A stretch of 64,000 nt of DNA from NCBI GenBank assembly GCA_043803405.1, contig JAZDKB010000044.1, forward strand, positions 14,742 to 78,741, read 5' to 3'. Shown piece by piece: positions 39,423 through 50,619 of the stretch (position 1 is its first letter; every line of letters starts with the position of its first letter). The notes under the pieces are model-generated. The model was not told the origin of the DNA. It searched no databases and saw nothing but the letters and a program-made list of their open reading frames with translations. This DNA is from Spirochaetota bacterium. Its GTDB lineage: Bacteria > Spirochaetota > UBA4802 > JAFGDQ01. Made by a program: the position numbers and the translations under genes.

Positions 39423-39725
39423 TTACTGAATCCTGTTTTTAATAGAATCAGGAATTTGCGATGCTTTTATTTCGCCGAATCTTTCCTCATATTTTCTGAC
39501 ATTATCACTAAGAGCCTGTAAAATTCTTTTTGCATGCCCCGGAGTCAGTATAATTCTTGAAACTAGCTTGCCGAAGCCCGGGGGAGGTGTGGGGTTCACG
39601 TATAAAAAATCAAGTACGAACTCATCCGGAGAATGCGATATGTTCGCAAAATTTGAAAATACTCCCGAAGCAATTGCCTCATCGATTTTTATTTCTATTT
39701 TAACGTCTACTGTATCTTTTTCCAT
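39423..39725 (-). CDS. DUF3467-family protein
   Basis: G.FSN.A.I.HS..EFVLDF...V.RIILTP.HAKR...AL..N...YE..FG.I. Confidence 0.85.
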   Translation of the reverse strand: MEKDTVDVKIEIKIDEAIASGVFSNFANISHSPDEFVLDFLYVNPTPPPGFGKLVSRIILTPGHAKRILQALSDNVRKYEERFGEIKASQIPDSIKNRIQ

Positions 39726-40109
39726 TTTTGCTCCATATATGTTTTATTTAAACATTATAATACTAAAGTTGTTTTCCTAACTTTTTCAAGCAATTATTTT
39801 TTCCTTCTATAGCATAGCACAAAATTTCCATGTTATAGTATGAAAACATTAAGTACCAGGTATGCTGCAGCAATTATTATTACCTTTTGAGTTTAATGGT
39901 CGGCAGCGATATTATAACCGGAAAATACACCCCATAGATAGATAATATATTTTTGTATTTTTATTTGTATCTTAATAATTTAGGATACATTTATTTTTTT
40001 TAAAAAAAAGAGAAAATTTTTGCTGAAAAATATTTTTTTTGAAATATTTTATTGACAATTTTTCATTGGATGTTAATCATGGTTCATCCTTTGATAAATG
40101 AGTTAAAAT

Positions 40110-40481
40110 ATGATAAACTATTGGTATTTCTTTTTATTCTTTATCATTGCTGTTGCCTTTTCAATAGGTTTGCTGCTGGCAATAGCCCTTATTCGTTTTA
40201 AACGAAATGTCCACGGAGATAAAACATTCCCTTACGAATGCGGAGTCGATCCCATTACAGAGGGAGCGAGGGACGCTTACTCGATAAGATTTTATCTTCT
40301 TACTCTTGTTTTTGTAATCTTCGATGTTGAAACTCTTTTTCTATTCCCATGGGCAGTAATTCACGATAAACTTAAATGGTTCGGTTTTATTGAAATAACA
40401 ATTTTTATTGTCATATTATTATTCGGTTATTTATACGCATGGAAAGCCGATGCGCTTGATTTCAGGAGGAACATTGACTGA
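40110..40481 (+). CDS. nuoA: Complex I subunit A
   Basis: PYECG.DP, FVIFDVE..FLFPWA. Confidence 0.95.
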   Translation: MINYWYFFLFFIIAVAFSIGLLLAIALIRFKRNVHGDKTFPYECGVDPITEGARDAYSIRFYLLTLVFVIFDVETLFLFPWAVIHDKLKWFGFIEITIFIVILLFGYLYAWKADALDFRRNID

Positions 40482-40977
40482 TAAAATTGAAAAAATGCCA
40501 TTCATTTTAACCACATTGGATAAAGTGATTACATGGGCACAAAAGAATTCCGTATGGCCGTTCGGCTCAGGACTTGCGTGTTGTGCTATTGAAATGGTTG
40601 CGACTGCTGCAGCTCGTTATGATATTTCCCGTTTCGGAATGGAAGTCTTCAGGGCTTCCCCAAGGCAGTGCGATCTTTTTATTGTTGCCGGAACAGTTAC
40701 TAAAAAAATGGCACCTGTTATCAGGCGCTTGTGGGAGCAGATACCTGATCCCAAATGGGTTGTCGCAATGGGAAACTGCGCAATATCCGGCGGACCGTTT
40801 CCGACATACTCGGTGCTTCAGGGGGTTGATAAAATTATTCCGGTTGATGTATATATATCAGGGTGCCCGCCGACACCGCAGGGATTGCTTCACGGTTTAA
40901 TGACTCTGCAGAAGAAAATAGCGACAGAACATCCGACAAAGGAGATATTTAGCGTCCATGATAGACCAAATTGTTAA
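40474..40977 (+). CDS. nuoB: Complex I subunit B
   Basis: [31 protein letters not shown] start after aggagg. Confidence 0.95.
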   Translation: MTDKIEKMPFILTTLDKVITWAQKNSVWPFGSGLACCAIEMVATAAARYDISRFGMEVFRASPRQCDLFIVAGTVTKKMAPVIRRLWEQIPDPKWVVAMGNCAISGGPFPTYSVLQGVDKIIPVDVYISGCPPTPQGLLHGLMTLQKKIATEHPTKEIFSVHDRPNC

Positions 40978-41446
40978 ATTTCCGGCATTGGAAGAAATAT
41001 ATCGTTCTATTGAATCCGGCTTTAAAGACTCAATAATAGAAAGCAAATTTGAGAAAGATGAGCTTTCCGTAAAAATTAAAAAAGACGATCTTCCAAAAAT
41101 AATACAATTTTTAATAGCTGAAAAAGGTTTTAATGCTCTTAACGATATAATAGCGCTTGATAATCTTTCCAGTATGAAACAAGGACAAAAGCGTTTTTCA
41201 GTACTTTATCAACTTTATAAATTTCCAGCGTATCTGCGTATACGTCTGATAGTTGATGTAGATGCAGGGGAATCGGTTGAATCTATTTATAAATTTTTCA
41301 AAGCATCGGATTGGGCGGAACGCGAAATATACGATATGTTCGGGATTAGTTTTAACGGCCATCCGGATCTGAAAAGGATTTATATGCCGAATAATTTTAC
41401 CGAATTTCCATTACGTAAGGATTTTCCATTAGAGGGGAAAAACTAG
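40958..41446 (+). CDS. nuoC: Complex I subunit C
   Basis: [20 protein letters not shown]....FPLRKDFP. Confidence 0.95.
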   Translation: MIDQIVKFPALEEIYRSIESGFKDSIIESKFEKDELSVKIKKDDLPKIIQFLIAEKGFNALNDIIALDNLSSMKQGQKRFSVLYQLYKFPAYLRIRLIVDVDAGESVESIYKFFKASDWAEREIYDMFGISFNGHPDLKRIYMPNNFTEFPLRKDFPLEGKN

Positions 41447-42540
41447 TGGCTTTCAAATTAATTGAAATAAATATGGGACCTCAGCATCCTTCCACACATG
41501 GGGTGCTGCAACTTAAGCTTACGGTTGACAATGAAGTAGTTCTAAAGGTTGAGCCCGTTATCGGTTATTTGCACAGGGGTATGGAAAAGTTATGGGAAAA
41601 CCGAACTTACACTCAAATACTTCCCTTTACCGACCGTCTTGATTATCTGGCAGCTATTTCTAATAATTTAGGTTATGTTCTTGCAGTAGAAAAATTGCTA
41701 GGACTTGAGATTCCAAAACGTGCACAATATATTCGGGTAATATTAACTGAGCTTCAGCGAATTGCCTCGCATATAGCATGGGTCGGATTTATGGCAAATG
41801 ATATAGGCGCTGCTTCTGTATTGTTATATACTTTTGATGAACGCGAAGATATTCTTGAAATATTCGAAGAATATGTTGGAGCAAGGCTAACCATTAATGC
41901 AATGCGCATTGGCGGCGTTCCATTTGATATAAGTGAAAACATAATAGCGAGAATCAATAAGTGCCTTGTTGAAATACCTAAAAAGATTAAAGATATAGAA
42001 CGACTGCTTAGTGCAAATCGTATCTGGCTTCATAGAACAAAAAATATCGGCGTCATGAGCGGGGAAGCTGCAATGAATTTTGGAATTACCGGCCCATGCC
42101 TGCGCGCGTCCGGTGTTAAGTGGGACATCCGTAAAAATATCCCGTATTCATCTTACGAAGATTTTGATTTTGATATAGCTTATGGTACTAATTGCGATGT
42201 TTATGATAGATATGCTGTACGTCTTGAAGAAATGCACCAGAGTATGCGTATAATACGTCAGGCAATCGATAAACTACCAGCTGGCGAAATCCAGACAAAA
42301 GTGCCAAAAGTATTAAAAGTACCTGCCGGAGAGGTTTTTTATAGTATAGAAAATCCGAAAGGCGAGCTTGGCTTTTATATAAAGTCTAATGGAACCGACA
42401 AGCCTGAAAGAGTAAAAATGAAATCACCTTCCTTTATAAATATGCAGGCACTGGAAACGATGTGTAAGGGATACCTTTTTGCAGATGTCGTTGCGATTCT
42501 TGGTTCGCTTGACATAGTACTTGGAGAGATAGACAAATGA
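41446..42540 (+). CDS. nuoD: Complex I subunit D
   Basis: NMGPQHPSTHGVL, GYLHRG.EK, DRLDY, GSLD.VLGE.D; no Ni-binding CxxC motifs. Confidence 0.95.
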   Translation: MAFKLIEINMGPQHPSTHGVLQLKLTVDNEVVLKVEPVIGYLHRGMEKLWENRTYTQILPFTDRLDYLAAISNNLGYVLAVEKLLGLEIPKRAQYIRVILTELQRIASHIAWVGFMANDIGAASVLLYTFDEREDILEIFEEYVGARLTINAMRIGGVPFDISENIIARINKCLVEIPKKIKDIERLLSANRIWLHRTKNIGVMSGEAAMNFGITGPCLRASGVKWDIRKNIPYSSYEDFDFDIAYGTNCDVYDRYAVRLEEMHQSMRIIRQAIDKLPAGEIQTKVPKVLKVPAGEVFYSIENPKGELGFYIKSNGTDKPERVKMKSPSFINMQALETMCKGYLFADVVAILGSLDIVLGEIDK

Positions 42541-43574
42541 TAGATATTGATACTATAATATATGAGTTTATCATACCGGTTATTAAGATAATTGTCGCTA
42601 TTCTGTTCCCAATGCTTATGGTAATTGCAATGGTGTGGATTGAAAGAAGGGTAATTGCAATTATACAGGAAAGATTAGGACCAAACAGGGTAGGTTTTCA
42701 GGGTGTTCTTCAGCCAATTGCAGATGCAATAAAGCTTTTTTTTAAAGAAGATATTGTTCCCAGAGATGCAGATAAATTGACATATAGGGTCGCTCCAATA
42801 TTAGTGTTGGGATCAACACTGCTCGCCTTCTGTTTTATTCCTTTCGGTACAACAATGCAAATAGGAACGTATAATCTAACATTCTGGGTAGCGGAGACTC
42901 CGGTAGGTTTACTGCTCGTTTTGGGCATTTCATCGCTTGCGGTTCTTGGTATAATATTTGCGGGATGGTCGTCAAACTCTAAATATCCGCTGATGGGAGC
43001 ATTACGTGGGGTTGTTCAGCTTTTAAGTTATGAAATTCCGATGGCATTAACTGTGTTGACGGTTGTTTTTATGACACAGTCCATGAATCTTATAGATATA
43101 GTAAATAAACAAAATGAAATGCAGATATGGTATGCTTTTTTAATGCCTGTTTCATGTGTAGTATTCTGGATAGCGGTTGTTGCTGATACAAATCGCTGTC
43201 CTTTCGACTTACCTGAAGGAGAATCTGAGTTGGTTGCGGGATTCCATACTGAATATTCAGGTCTTAAATTCGGATATTTCTATATGGGTGAATATGCGCA
43301 TATGGTGCTGGCATCTTCTTTAATGGTCACATTGTTTTTCGGCGGCGGGCTGCCACCTTTTGCGAATGTTAAATTTCTTTCATTCCTTCACTATGTTCCA
43401 GGATTTGTATGGTATATAATGAAAATATTATTCTTTTTGTACTTTTATGTATGGATAAGGGGAACGTACCCCCGTTATAGGTTTGATGAATTGATTAAAC
43501 TTGCGTGGAAATGGCTTATTCCGCTTTCAATATTAAATATTCTTGTTGTTGCATTTATCAGGTTGAGCATATGA
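42537..43574 (+). CDS. nuoH: Complex I subunit H
   Basis: ERR..A..Q.RLGPNRVG, PFDLPE.ESELVAGFHTEYSG, PRYRFD. Confidence 0.95.
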   Translation: MIDIDTIIYEFIIPVIKIIVAILFPMLMVIAMVWIERRVIAIIQERLGPNRVGFQGVLQPIADAIKLFFKEDIVPRDADKLTYRVAPILVLGSTLLAFCFIPFGTTMQIGTYNLTFWVAETPVGLLLVLGISSLAVLGIIFAGWSSNSKYPLMGALRGVVQLLSYEIPMALTVLTVVFMTQSMNLIDIVNKQNEMQIWYAFLMPVSCVVFWIAVVADTNRCPFDLPEGESELVAGFHTEYSGLKFGYFYMGEYAHMVLASSLMVTLFFGGGLPPFANVKFLSFLHYVPGFVWYIMKILFFLYFYVWIRGTYPRYRFDELIKLAWKWLIPLSILNILVVAFIRLSI

Positions 43575-44029
43575 TAAAATTTATTAAAAAGATATTCTTA
43601 ATAGAACTAATACAGGGCTTGCTTGTAACTTTAAAATATACATTATTGCCGAAGGCAACAATTCAGTATCCGGAGAAAGTAAAAGAGCCATCTGAGCGTT
43701 TCAGAGGTATTGTGCGGCTTTATCGTGATGAAGAAGGAAAGCAGTTATGTATAGCATGCAAAATGTGTCAGCGCGCATGCCCGCAATATTGTTTTGATAT
43801 AGAAGGCCAGAAAGATGAGAGCAACAAAATGCGGCCGGTAAAGTTTGATTGGAAACTTGAACGTTGCAGTTTTTGCGGATTATGCGCTGAAGCATGCCCT
43901 ACAGGCGCTATTCGCTCATCAAAAGAATTCCGTCTTGCGACACTGGACAGATCAAAGCTTCTGTTGCATTTGCCGGAAATGTATTGTGATTTCGATCTGC
44001 AAAAACATTTATTAGACGATTTAAAATAA
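43571..44029 (+). CDS. nuoI: Complex I subunit I
   Basis: T.QYPE, RFRG, CIACKMC...CP, C.FCGLC.EACP; start moved to 43571. Confidence 0.95.
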   Translation: MIKFIKKIFLIELIQGLLVTLKYTLLPKATIQYPEKVKEPSERFRGIVRLYRDEEGKQLCIACKMCQRACPQYCFDIEGQKDESNKMRPVKFDWKLERCSFCGLCAEACPTGAIRSSKEFRLATLDRSKLLLHLPEMYCDFDLQKHLLDDLK

Positions 44030-44133
44030 TAATTGAAGATTCATTTTAATAACGATTATTTTGAAATAAAGTTATAAATTTTTTAACAGTTTAATTAATC
44101 TATATGCAGGCTGTTTTTTAAGGAGAAGATATA

Positions 44134-44640
44134 ATGATTTCCAATATAATTTTCATATTTTTTGCCGTGTTATCAGTTATTTGTTCGTTGCTGGTAATTC
44201 TCCAAAAAAATGTTATGCATAGTGTATTATATTTGGCATTTACAGTACTTACAATTGCAGGAATATTTTTTACTCTACAGGCTGAATTTTTAGGTGCAGT
44301 TCAGATACTTGTTTATGCAGGCGGAATTGTTGTTCTTTATCTCTTTGTTATCATCATCGTTAATTTGAAAGAAATTAAAGTTGAGAAGAGAAAAATATTT
44401 CCCAAATTTTTTATATTTAGTACCGCGGCACTGTTCTTAATAGAAATGTTATATATTTTATTCAAGAATCAAATTGTTATAAATCCGGCTGTTGAATCCG
44501 GAATGGACATTAATTCATTGGCAGAAATGTTGCTTTCAAAATATATAGTACCATTTGAAATCGCGTCAATTCTGTTGCTTGCAGTGCTAATTGGTTCCAT
44601 AATAATTGCTAGAAGGACGTTATTGCATGATCCCGATTAA
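44134..44640 (+). CDS. nuoJ: Complex I subunit J
   Basis: AEFLGAVQILVYAGGI.VLYLFV, PFEIASILLL. Confidence 0.93.
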   Translation: MISNIIFIFFAVLSVICSLLVILQKNVMHSVLYLAFTVLTIAGIFFTLQAEFLGAVQILVYAGGIVVLYLFVIIIVNLKEIKVEKRKIFPKFFIFSTAALFLIEMLYILFKNQIVINPAVESGMDINSLAEMLLSKYIVPFEIASILLLAVLIGSIIIARRTLLHDPD

Positions 44641-44929
44641 TCAAATCATTGGTCTTGGACTTATAATATTCTTTATTGGACTATTCGGTGTTTTATTCCG
44701 AAAGAACCTCATAATTATTCTTATGGCTCTTGAATTAGTTCTAAACGGAATAAATATAATCTTAGTAGGTATAAGTTATTATATGAAATCGCCCATTGGT
44801 TCAATATTTGCGGTTTTTGTTATAATGATTGCAGTTGCTGAAGCGGCAATAGGTTTTGCGCTTGCGTTATCATATTTCAGACATAAAACGACTTATGATC
44901 TTGATGAGATCAGCGAATTAAAAGGTTAA
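44627..44929 (+). CDS. nuoK: Complex I subunit K
   Basis: RKNLIIILMALEL.LN, AVAEAAIG.AL. Confidence 0.93.
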   Translation: MIPINQIIGLGLIIFFIGLFGVLFRKNLIIILMALELVLNGINIILVGISYYMKSPIGSIFAVFVIMIAVAEAAIGFALALSYFRHKTTYDLDEISELKG

Positions 44930-44933
44930 AGAC

Positions 44934-46934
44934 ATGTTCTATCTGATTCCTGTTTTTCCACTAATTGGAGTATTATTAAATGGACTTTTTGGAATTAAAT
45001 ATTTTCCTAAAAAACTTGTCCATTCAATTGCAGTTGCTGGTATAGGTTTAAGTTTTATATTTTCAGTTATCAGTTTTTTTCAAATTGCAAACTCGACAGA
45101 ACCATACTTAATAAAAACATTATTCACTTGGGTACCGGCAAGTATAGTAAATCTTTCAAATAACGGTGCCACCTCTTTTGTAATAGATTTCGCATTCAGA
45201 TTCGACTCGCTTACATCAGTAATGACACTGGTAGTTACGGGTGTTGGACTTCTCATACATATATATTCAATCGGTTACATGGCTCATGATGCAAGTTATG
45301 CCCGTTTCTTTACTTACTTAAATCTTTTTTCTTTCGCAATGCTTATCCTGGTACTTGGTGCCAATCTGGCAATCATGTTTATTGGGTGGGAAGGTGTCGG
45401 GCTTTGTTCTTACCTGCTGATTGGTTTTTGGTTTAATAAAGATTCTGCTGCAAATGCAGGGAAAAAGGCTTTCATTACAAATAGAGTGGGGGACTTTGGA
45501 TTTTTGATCGGAATTGGATTTTTAATTTATTATTTTGGCACTATTGACGTTGCACAAATATCAACTCTTGTAGAGGGCGGGAATATAACAAAGGAAACAG
45601 CAACTATAATTGCATTGTGCCTTTTTGTCGGTGCTACGGGGAAATCAGCACAGATACCATTATATACCTGGTTGCCCGATGCTATGGAAGGTCCCACTCC
45701 AGTTTCAGCACTTATCCATGCTGCTACAATGGTTACAGCCGGTGTTTACATGGTAGCTCGAATGAACGTATTATTCACTTATTCCGGAACAGCTCTTGCA
45801 GTTGTTGCTCTTGTCGGAGTAATAACGGCAGTTTATGCTGCAACAATGGGTTTTGTTCAGACTGATATTAAGCGGGTTCTGGCTTACTCAACGATATCTC
45901 AGATAGGTTATATGTTTGTTGGACTTGGAGTAGGTGCGTATGCAGCCGGTGTTTTTCATCTAATGACACATGCTTTCTTTAAAAGCTTACTCTTCCTTTC
46001 GGCAGGAAGCGTAATTCATGCTATGTCCGGCCAGCAGGATATGCGTAAGATGGGTGGACTTAGAAAACATATACCAAAAACCTTTTTAGTAATGTTTGTT
46101 GCTACTCTCGCCATATCAGGTATACCCGGCTTTTCAGGCTTTTTCTCAAAAGATGAAATACTTGCTTCGGCGTATGCATCCGGTAATTATTTAGTTTGGG
46201 CACTTGGGGTTGTTGGCGCAGGAATGACTGCATTTTATATGTTCAGGCTTATTTTCATGACATTTTATGGAGATGAAAGAATTGACCATGAAGCTAAACA
46301 TCATTTGCATGAATCACCTAATGTAATGATTAAACCTTTACAAGTACTTGCAATTCTATCGTTCATTGGCGGATATGTCGGATTACCTCACATATTCGGT
46401 GGGCATAACTGGTTTGGACAATTTTTATCAAATACGGTCGGTCATCATGAGCTGGGATTGTCCGCACAAACTGAAATTTTACTTATGGCAGTATCTGTGG
46501 GGATCGGATTCTTTGGCATCTTAATGGCTTACATAATTTATGTAAAACTGAAAGGTCGTCCTGCAGAATCGCTAGCAGAGAAATTTAAAATATTCTATAA
46601 ACTTGTTCTAAATAAATACTTTATTGATGAAATTTATAATGGATTATTTGTTGGTGGTGCTATGAAACTTGGGACTCTACTCGGTAAATTTGACCTAGGA
46701 ATAATAGATGGGATCGTAAATGGAGTAGCATCCTTAGTAAGAAAGATCTCTACAGGATCTATGGCTATTGACAGCCATGTTGTTGACGGAGCAGTAAATG
46801 GAGTCGGCTCAATAAATAACTTTTTCTCTAAAATATTAAAAAGATTCCAAACTGGATATGTATACAATTACGCATTGTCGATAGTTATTGGTGTAGTAAT
46901 AATACTTACATTGACGGTAATTGTTTATAATTAA
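44934..46934 (+). CDS. nuoL: Complex I subunit L
   Basis: GKSAQIPLYTWLPDAMEGPTPVSALIHAATMVTAGVY. Confidence 0.96.
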   Translation: MFYLIPVFPLIGVLLNGLFGIKYFPKKLVHSIAVAGIGLSFIFSVISFFQIANSTEPYLIKTLFTWVPASIVNLSNNGATSFVIDFAFRFDSLTSVMTLVVTGVGLLIHIYSIGYMAHDASYARFFTYLNLFSFAMLILVLGANLAIMFIGWEGVGLCSYLLIGFWFNKDSAANAGKKAFITNRVGDFGFLIGIGFLIYYFGTIDVAQISTLVEGGNITKETATIIALCLFVGATGKSAQIPLYTWLPDAMEGPTPVSALIHAATMVTAGVYMVARMNVLFTYSGTALAVVALVGVITAVYAATMGFVQTDIKRVLAYSTISQIGYMFVGLGVGAYAAGVFHLMTHAFFKSLLFLSAGSVIHAMSGQQDMRKMGGLRKHIPKTFLVMFVATLAISGIPGFSGFFSKDEILASAYASGNYLVWALGVVGAGMTAFYMFRLIFMTFYGDERIDHEAKHHLHESPNVMIKPLQVLAILSFIGGYVGLPHIFGGHNWFGQFLSNTVGHHELGLSAQTEILLMAVSVGIGFFGILMAYIIYVKLKGRPAESLAEKFKIFYKLVLNKYFIDEIYNGLFVGGAMKLGTLLGKFDLGIIDGIVNGVASLVRKISTGSMAIDSHVVDGAVNGVGSINNFFSKILKRFQTGYVYNYALSIVIGVVIILTLTVIVYN

Positions 46935-47021
46935 ATATACTATCATTAAACTATTTGTTTAATAAATAGTTTAGATAATGAATAGACGAATTTATTATAA
47001 TTGAACATTTAAGGAGAAGTC

Positions 47022-48581
47022 ATGGATATTTTCGGTATTCCAATATTAACACTACTTACATTTTTCCCTGTAGCAGGAATTATCCTTCTGCTGTTTATTC
47101 CGGGTGCTAAATCAAATGCTCTGAAATTGGTTGCGAACATTGTTACAGCAATTGAATTTCTATTTACTCTATATCTATTAAAGGGATTTGATATATCAGC
47201 TGATGGTATGCAATTCATTGAAAGAGTAGATTGGATACCGCTCGCAAAAGTTCAATATCTTATGGGAATTGATGGCATTTCCCTTCTGCTAATACTACTT
47301 ACCGGAATGTTGACATTTATAGCCACATTAAGCTCGTGGTCCGCTATTAAAGATAGAATAAAAGAATATTACATATTTATGCTTTTACTGGAAGTAGGCA
47401 TGATCGGTGTATTTGTATCGCTTGATATGATTCTTTTCTATGTATTCTGGGAAGTTATGCTTGTTCCAATGTACTTTCTTATCGGTGTGTGGGGCGGAGA
47501 GCGCAAACTTTATGCGGCTATAAAATTCTTCCTGTATACCTTGTTTGGATCAGTAATGATGCTTGTTGCTATACTAGTACTATATTTTAACTATAATACA
47601 TTTGATTTACTAAAAATGATGGAATCAGGGACATATCTGCCATACGTTGTTCAGTGCTGGGTATTCTTCGCATTCTTCCTTGGATTTGCAATCAAAGTTC
47701 CTATGTTTCCGTTCCACACATGGTTACCTGATGCACATGTTGAAGCACCGACAGCTGGTTCAGTTATACTTGCCGGCGTTTTACTAAAAATGGGTACATA
47801 CGGTTTCGTTCGATTCTCTCTTAATTTATTTCCGGAAGCTTCTAGGACATTCGTGCCTTTAATAATTATACTTGCTCTTATATCTATCGTATATGGAGCA
47901 TTAGTATCCCTGATGCAGAAAGATATGAAAAAATTGATTGCATACTCTTCAGTTTCGCATATGGGATTTGTTATGCTTGGTTTATTTGCGTTTACGCCAA
48001 TGGCCATTAAAGGTGCTATATTACAGATGATTAATCACGGTGTAAGCACAGGAGCACTCTTCCTTATAGTAGGTGTTATCTACGAAAGACGTCATACCAG
48101 ATTAATTTCAGAGTTTGGCGGGCTTTCTTCTAAAATGCCTATTTATGCTGCAATATTTTTAATTATAACAATGTCCTCAATAGGATTGCCTGGTTTAAAC
48201 GGTTTTATCGGTGAATTTATGATTCTAATGGGAGTCTTTACAGTAAACTGGGTATGGGCTGCAATTGCGGCATCTGGAATTATTCTTGGTGCAGGATATA
48301 TGCTATGGATGTATCAAAGAGTTATGTTTGGTGTAAACGAGAACCCTGCTAACCAGAATTTAAAGGATTTAAACCTACGCGAATGCTTTGTATTCCTTCC
48401 GTTGATTATAATGGCTTTCTGGATTGGTATATATCCGAAACCGTTTTTAAATATAATAGACAAACCGGTTGAAAAAATAGTACGCGTAGTCAATCCCGAT
48501 TATTATAAAAAAGAAGCGGTTGTCTTTAAAACCGATGATTCCAAGGCTCACCAGCCAGCTAAAAAGGCAGAGGTACATTGA
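47022..48581 (+). CDS. nuoM: Complex I subunit M
   Basis: FAIKVPMFPFHTWLPDAHVEAPTAGSVILAGVLLKMG. Confidence 0.96.
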   Translation: MDIFGIPILTLLTFFPVAGIILLLFIPGAKSNALKLVANIVTAIEFLFTLYLLKGFDISADGMQFIERVDWIPLAKVQYLMGIDGISLLLILLTGMLTFIATLSSWSAIKDRIKEYYIFMLLLEVGMIGVFVSLDMILFYVFWEVMLVPMYFLIGVWGGERKLYAAIKFFLYTLFGSVMMLVAILVLYFNYNTFDLLKMMESGTYLPYVVQCWVFFAFFLGFAIKVPMFPFHTWLPDAHVEAPTAGSVILAGVLLKMGTYGFVRFSLNLFPEASRTFVPLIIILALISIVYGALVSLMQKDMKKLIAYSSVSHMGFVMLGLFAFTPMAIKGAILQMINHGVSTGALFLIVGVIYERRHTRLISEFGGLSSKMPIYAAIFLIITMSSIGLPGLNGFIGEFMILMGVFTVNWVWAAIAASGIILGAGYMLWMYQRVMFGVNENPANQNLKDLNLRECFVFLPLIIMAFWIGIYPKPFLNIIDKPVEKIVRVVNPDYYKKEAVVFKTDDSKAHQPAKKAEVH

Positions 48582-50023
48582 TGGATTATTCTTTATACAT
48601 TGCCCAACTTAAATTTATTGTTCCTGAACTTATAGTACTAGCATTTGCTCTTGTTGCCATGTTAGCCCATTTGTTCATAAAGAGCAAAGGAAAAAGAATT
48701 GCCGGCATAATATCTATTTTAGGTTTGATTGCCGGAGCAGTAGCATTGCTAAAGACACCCATTACAAATGGCGAGATATACTCTGGAAATCTTGTAGTAG
48801 ATCAATTCGCTTTCTATTTTAAAATAATATTTTTAATATCTGGATTACTTACAATAGTATTGTCTTTTAAATTCTTTGATGTTGAAAAATCGGAGCCTGG
48901 AGAAGCATATTATCTGATTATGTTATCAGTAGTCGGGATGATGTTCGTTGTTTCTGCTGTTGATCTAATTACATTTTATATAGCATTTGAAACATTTGCA
49001 CTTTCATCATACATATTAGCAGGCATCTTTAAAAAGGACAAAAGATCTTCTGAAGCGGGCATAAAATATTTTATTCTGGGGACCTTAAGCTCGGCTATTA
49101 TGGTATTAGGTGTTGCCTTGCTGGTAGGAATTGCCGGAAGCACTAATTATGCTGAAATTTCAAAAATATTATCGTCAACCGCGACGTCAAAACTGGCCTT
49201 AACCGGAATGCTATTGTTGTTTTCAGGATTATTCTTTAAATTAGCATTAGTTCCTTTTCATATGTGGACACCGGACGTTTATGAAGGAGCTCCTACTCCA
49301 CTGGTTGTGTTTTTATCTACAGCCCCAAAGGCAGCATTATTTGCTATTCTAATAAGAATGATCTTCAGCATATTTACTGTTTTCCAAAATCAATGGACAA
49401 TGGTTTTCCAGGTAATTGCTATCGTAACTATGTTCTGGGGTAACCTGGCTGCGCTAACACAGAAAAACATTAAAAGAATGATGGCCTATTCATCAATAGC
49501 ACATGCAGGATACATTATGATGGGTCTTGCTGCATTCGGAGCTATGGGAAATATTGCTGTACTTTTCTATTTATTCGTTTACTTATTTATGAATGCTGCA
49601 GCTTTCGGGATGATCCTTCTTGTTCAAAAACAAAATGGTTTTGGCGAAAATATTGATGATATGAAGGGATTTGCCAAAAAATCACCAGTAATGGCATCGG
49701 GAATTATTGTTCTTTTGCTTTCACTTACAGGAATTCCACCAACTGCCGGATTTATGGGCAAGTATTTTTTATTTGCTGCTGTAGTAGAAAAAGGGCTTTA
49801 CACGTTAGCTATTATTGGAGCGTTAAACTCGGTTATTTCATTATTTTACTATTTCCAGATCGGCAAAGCAATGTTTATGGAAGAGGCTATTGCTGAGGCC
49901 ACTCCGGATAAATCCTATTATGCACGTTCAGTCATACTTTTATCTGCTATAATAATATTAATAATTGGGATATTACCAACAGCATTAACCTACTTTGTTA
50001 CTGCTTCGACCTTGGTAAAATAA
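48578..50023 (+). CDS. nuoN: Complex I subunit N
   Basis: EAGIKYFILG, FKLALVPFHMWTPDVYEGAPTP, KRMMAYSSIAHAGY. Confidence 0.96.
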   Translation: MMDYSLYIAQLKFIVPELIVLAFALVAMLAHLFIKSKGKRIAGIISILGLIAGAVALLKTPITNGEIYSGNLVVDQFAFYFKIIFLISGLLTIVLSFKFFDVEKSEPGEAYYLIMLSVVGMMFVVSAVDLITFYIAFETFALSSYILAGIFKKDKRSSEAGIKYFILGTLSSAIMVLGVALLVGIAGSTNYAEISKILSSTATSKLALTGMLLLFSGLFFKLALVPFHMWTPDVYEGAPTPLVVFLSTAPKAALFAILIRMIFSIFTVFQNQWTMVFQVIAIVTMFWGNLAALTQKNIKRMMAYSSIAHAGYIMMGLAAFGAMGNIAVLFYLFVYLFMNAAAFGMILLVQKQNGFGENIDDMKGFAKKSPVMASGIIVLLLSLTGIPPTAGFMGKYFLFAAVVEKGLYTLAIIGALNSVISLFYYFQIGKAMFMEEAIAEATPDKSYYARSVILLSAIIILIIGILPTALTYFVTASTLVK

Positions 50024-50064
50024 TCAAAATAAACTGAATTAGCTCTGTTTTAAAACATTTTATT

Positions 50065-50451
50065 TTACATTGCACTACCATAAGAGATCAAATATTCAAT
50101 TTTTTTAATTAAAAGCTTAATATCAATCGGTTTGGAAATATAATCGTTAAAACCTTGGGCAATGAATTCTTTGCGATTATTTTCACCTGTAAAACCTGTT
50201 ATTGCAATAATGGGTATATTTGATTTTTCTTTTATTTTAATCATAGCGTCTGTACCATTAATTCCTGTCATCTTTATATCCATTAAAACCAAACCGATTT
50301 CGTCATGTATATTCATTACACTAATGCTTTCCTCTCCGCTTTTTGCAGTAAGAAATTTGTAACCGTATTTTTTTAATACAGCAGTCAGTAAATTTAAATT
50401 TTCTTTTTTATCGTCTACGATTAAAATGCAGTTTTTATTTTTGTCATCCAT
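50065..50451 (-). CDS. Single-domain response regulator (CheY/DivK-like)
   Basis: ILIVDD, LVLMDIKM, PIIAITG, DYISKPI; start moved to 50451. Confidence 0.9.
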   Translation of the reverse strand: MDDKNKNCILIVDDKKENLNLLTAVLKKYGYKFLTAKSGEESISVMNIHDEIGLVLMDIKMTGINGTDAMIKIKEKSNIPIIAITGFTGENNRKEFIAQGFNDYISKPIDIKLLIKKIEYLISYGSAM

Positions 50452-50619
50452 AATAAACCTCATTAAAACTTTATAAAATTCCGGCATTCGAATAACGGAA
50501 ATCGATAAAACATCATTTTTATTTATATCAAATAAATTAATAAAAGTAAAGTTTATAAAAAAAATGTTGAAAAATAATTGATTTTCAATATAAACATCAT
50601 AAGGATATTCAATATTATT

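Noticed and set aside
40474..42540. Group 4 [NiFe] hydrogenase
   Set aside because: The large subunit lacks both Ni-binding CxxC motifs and has NuoD quinone-site signatures
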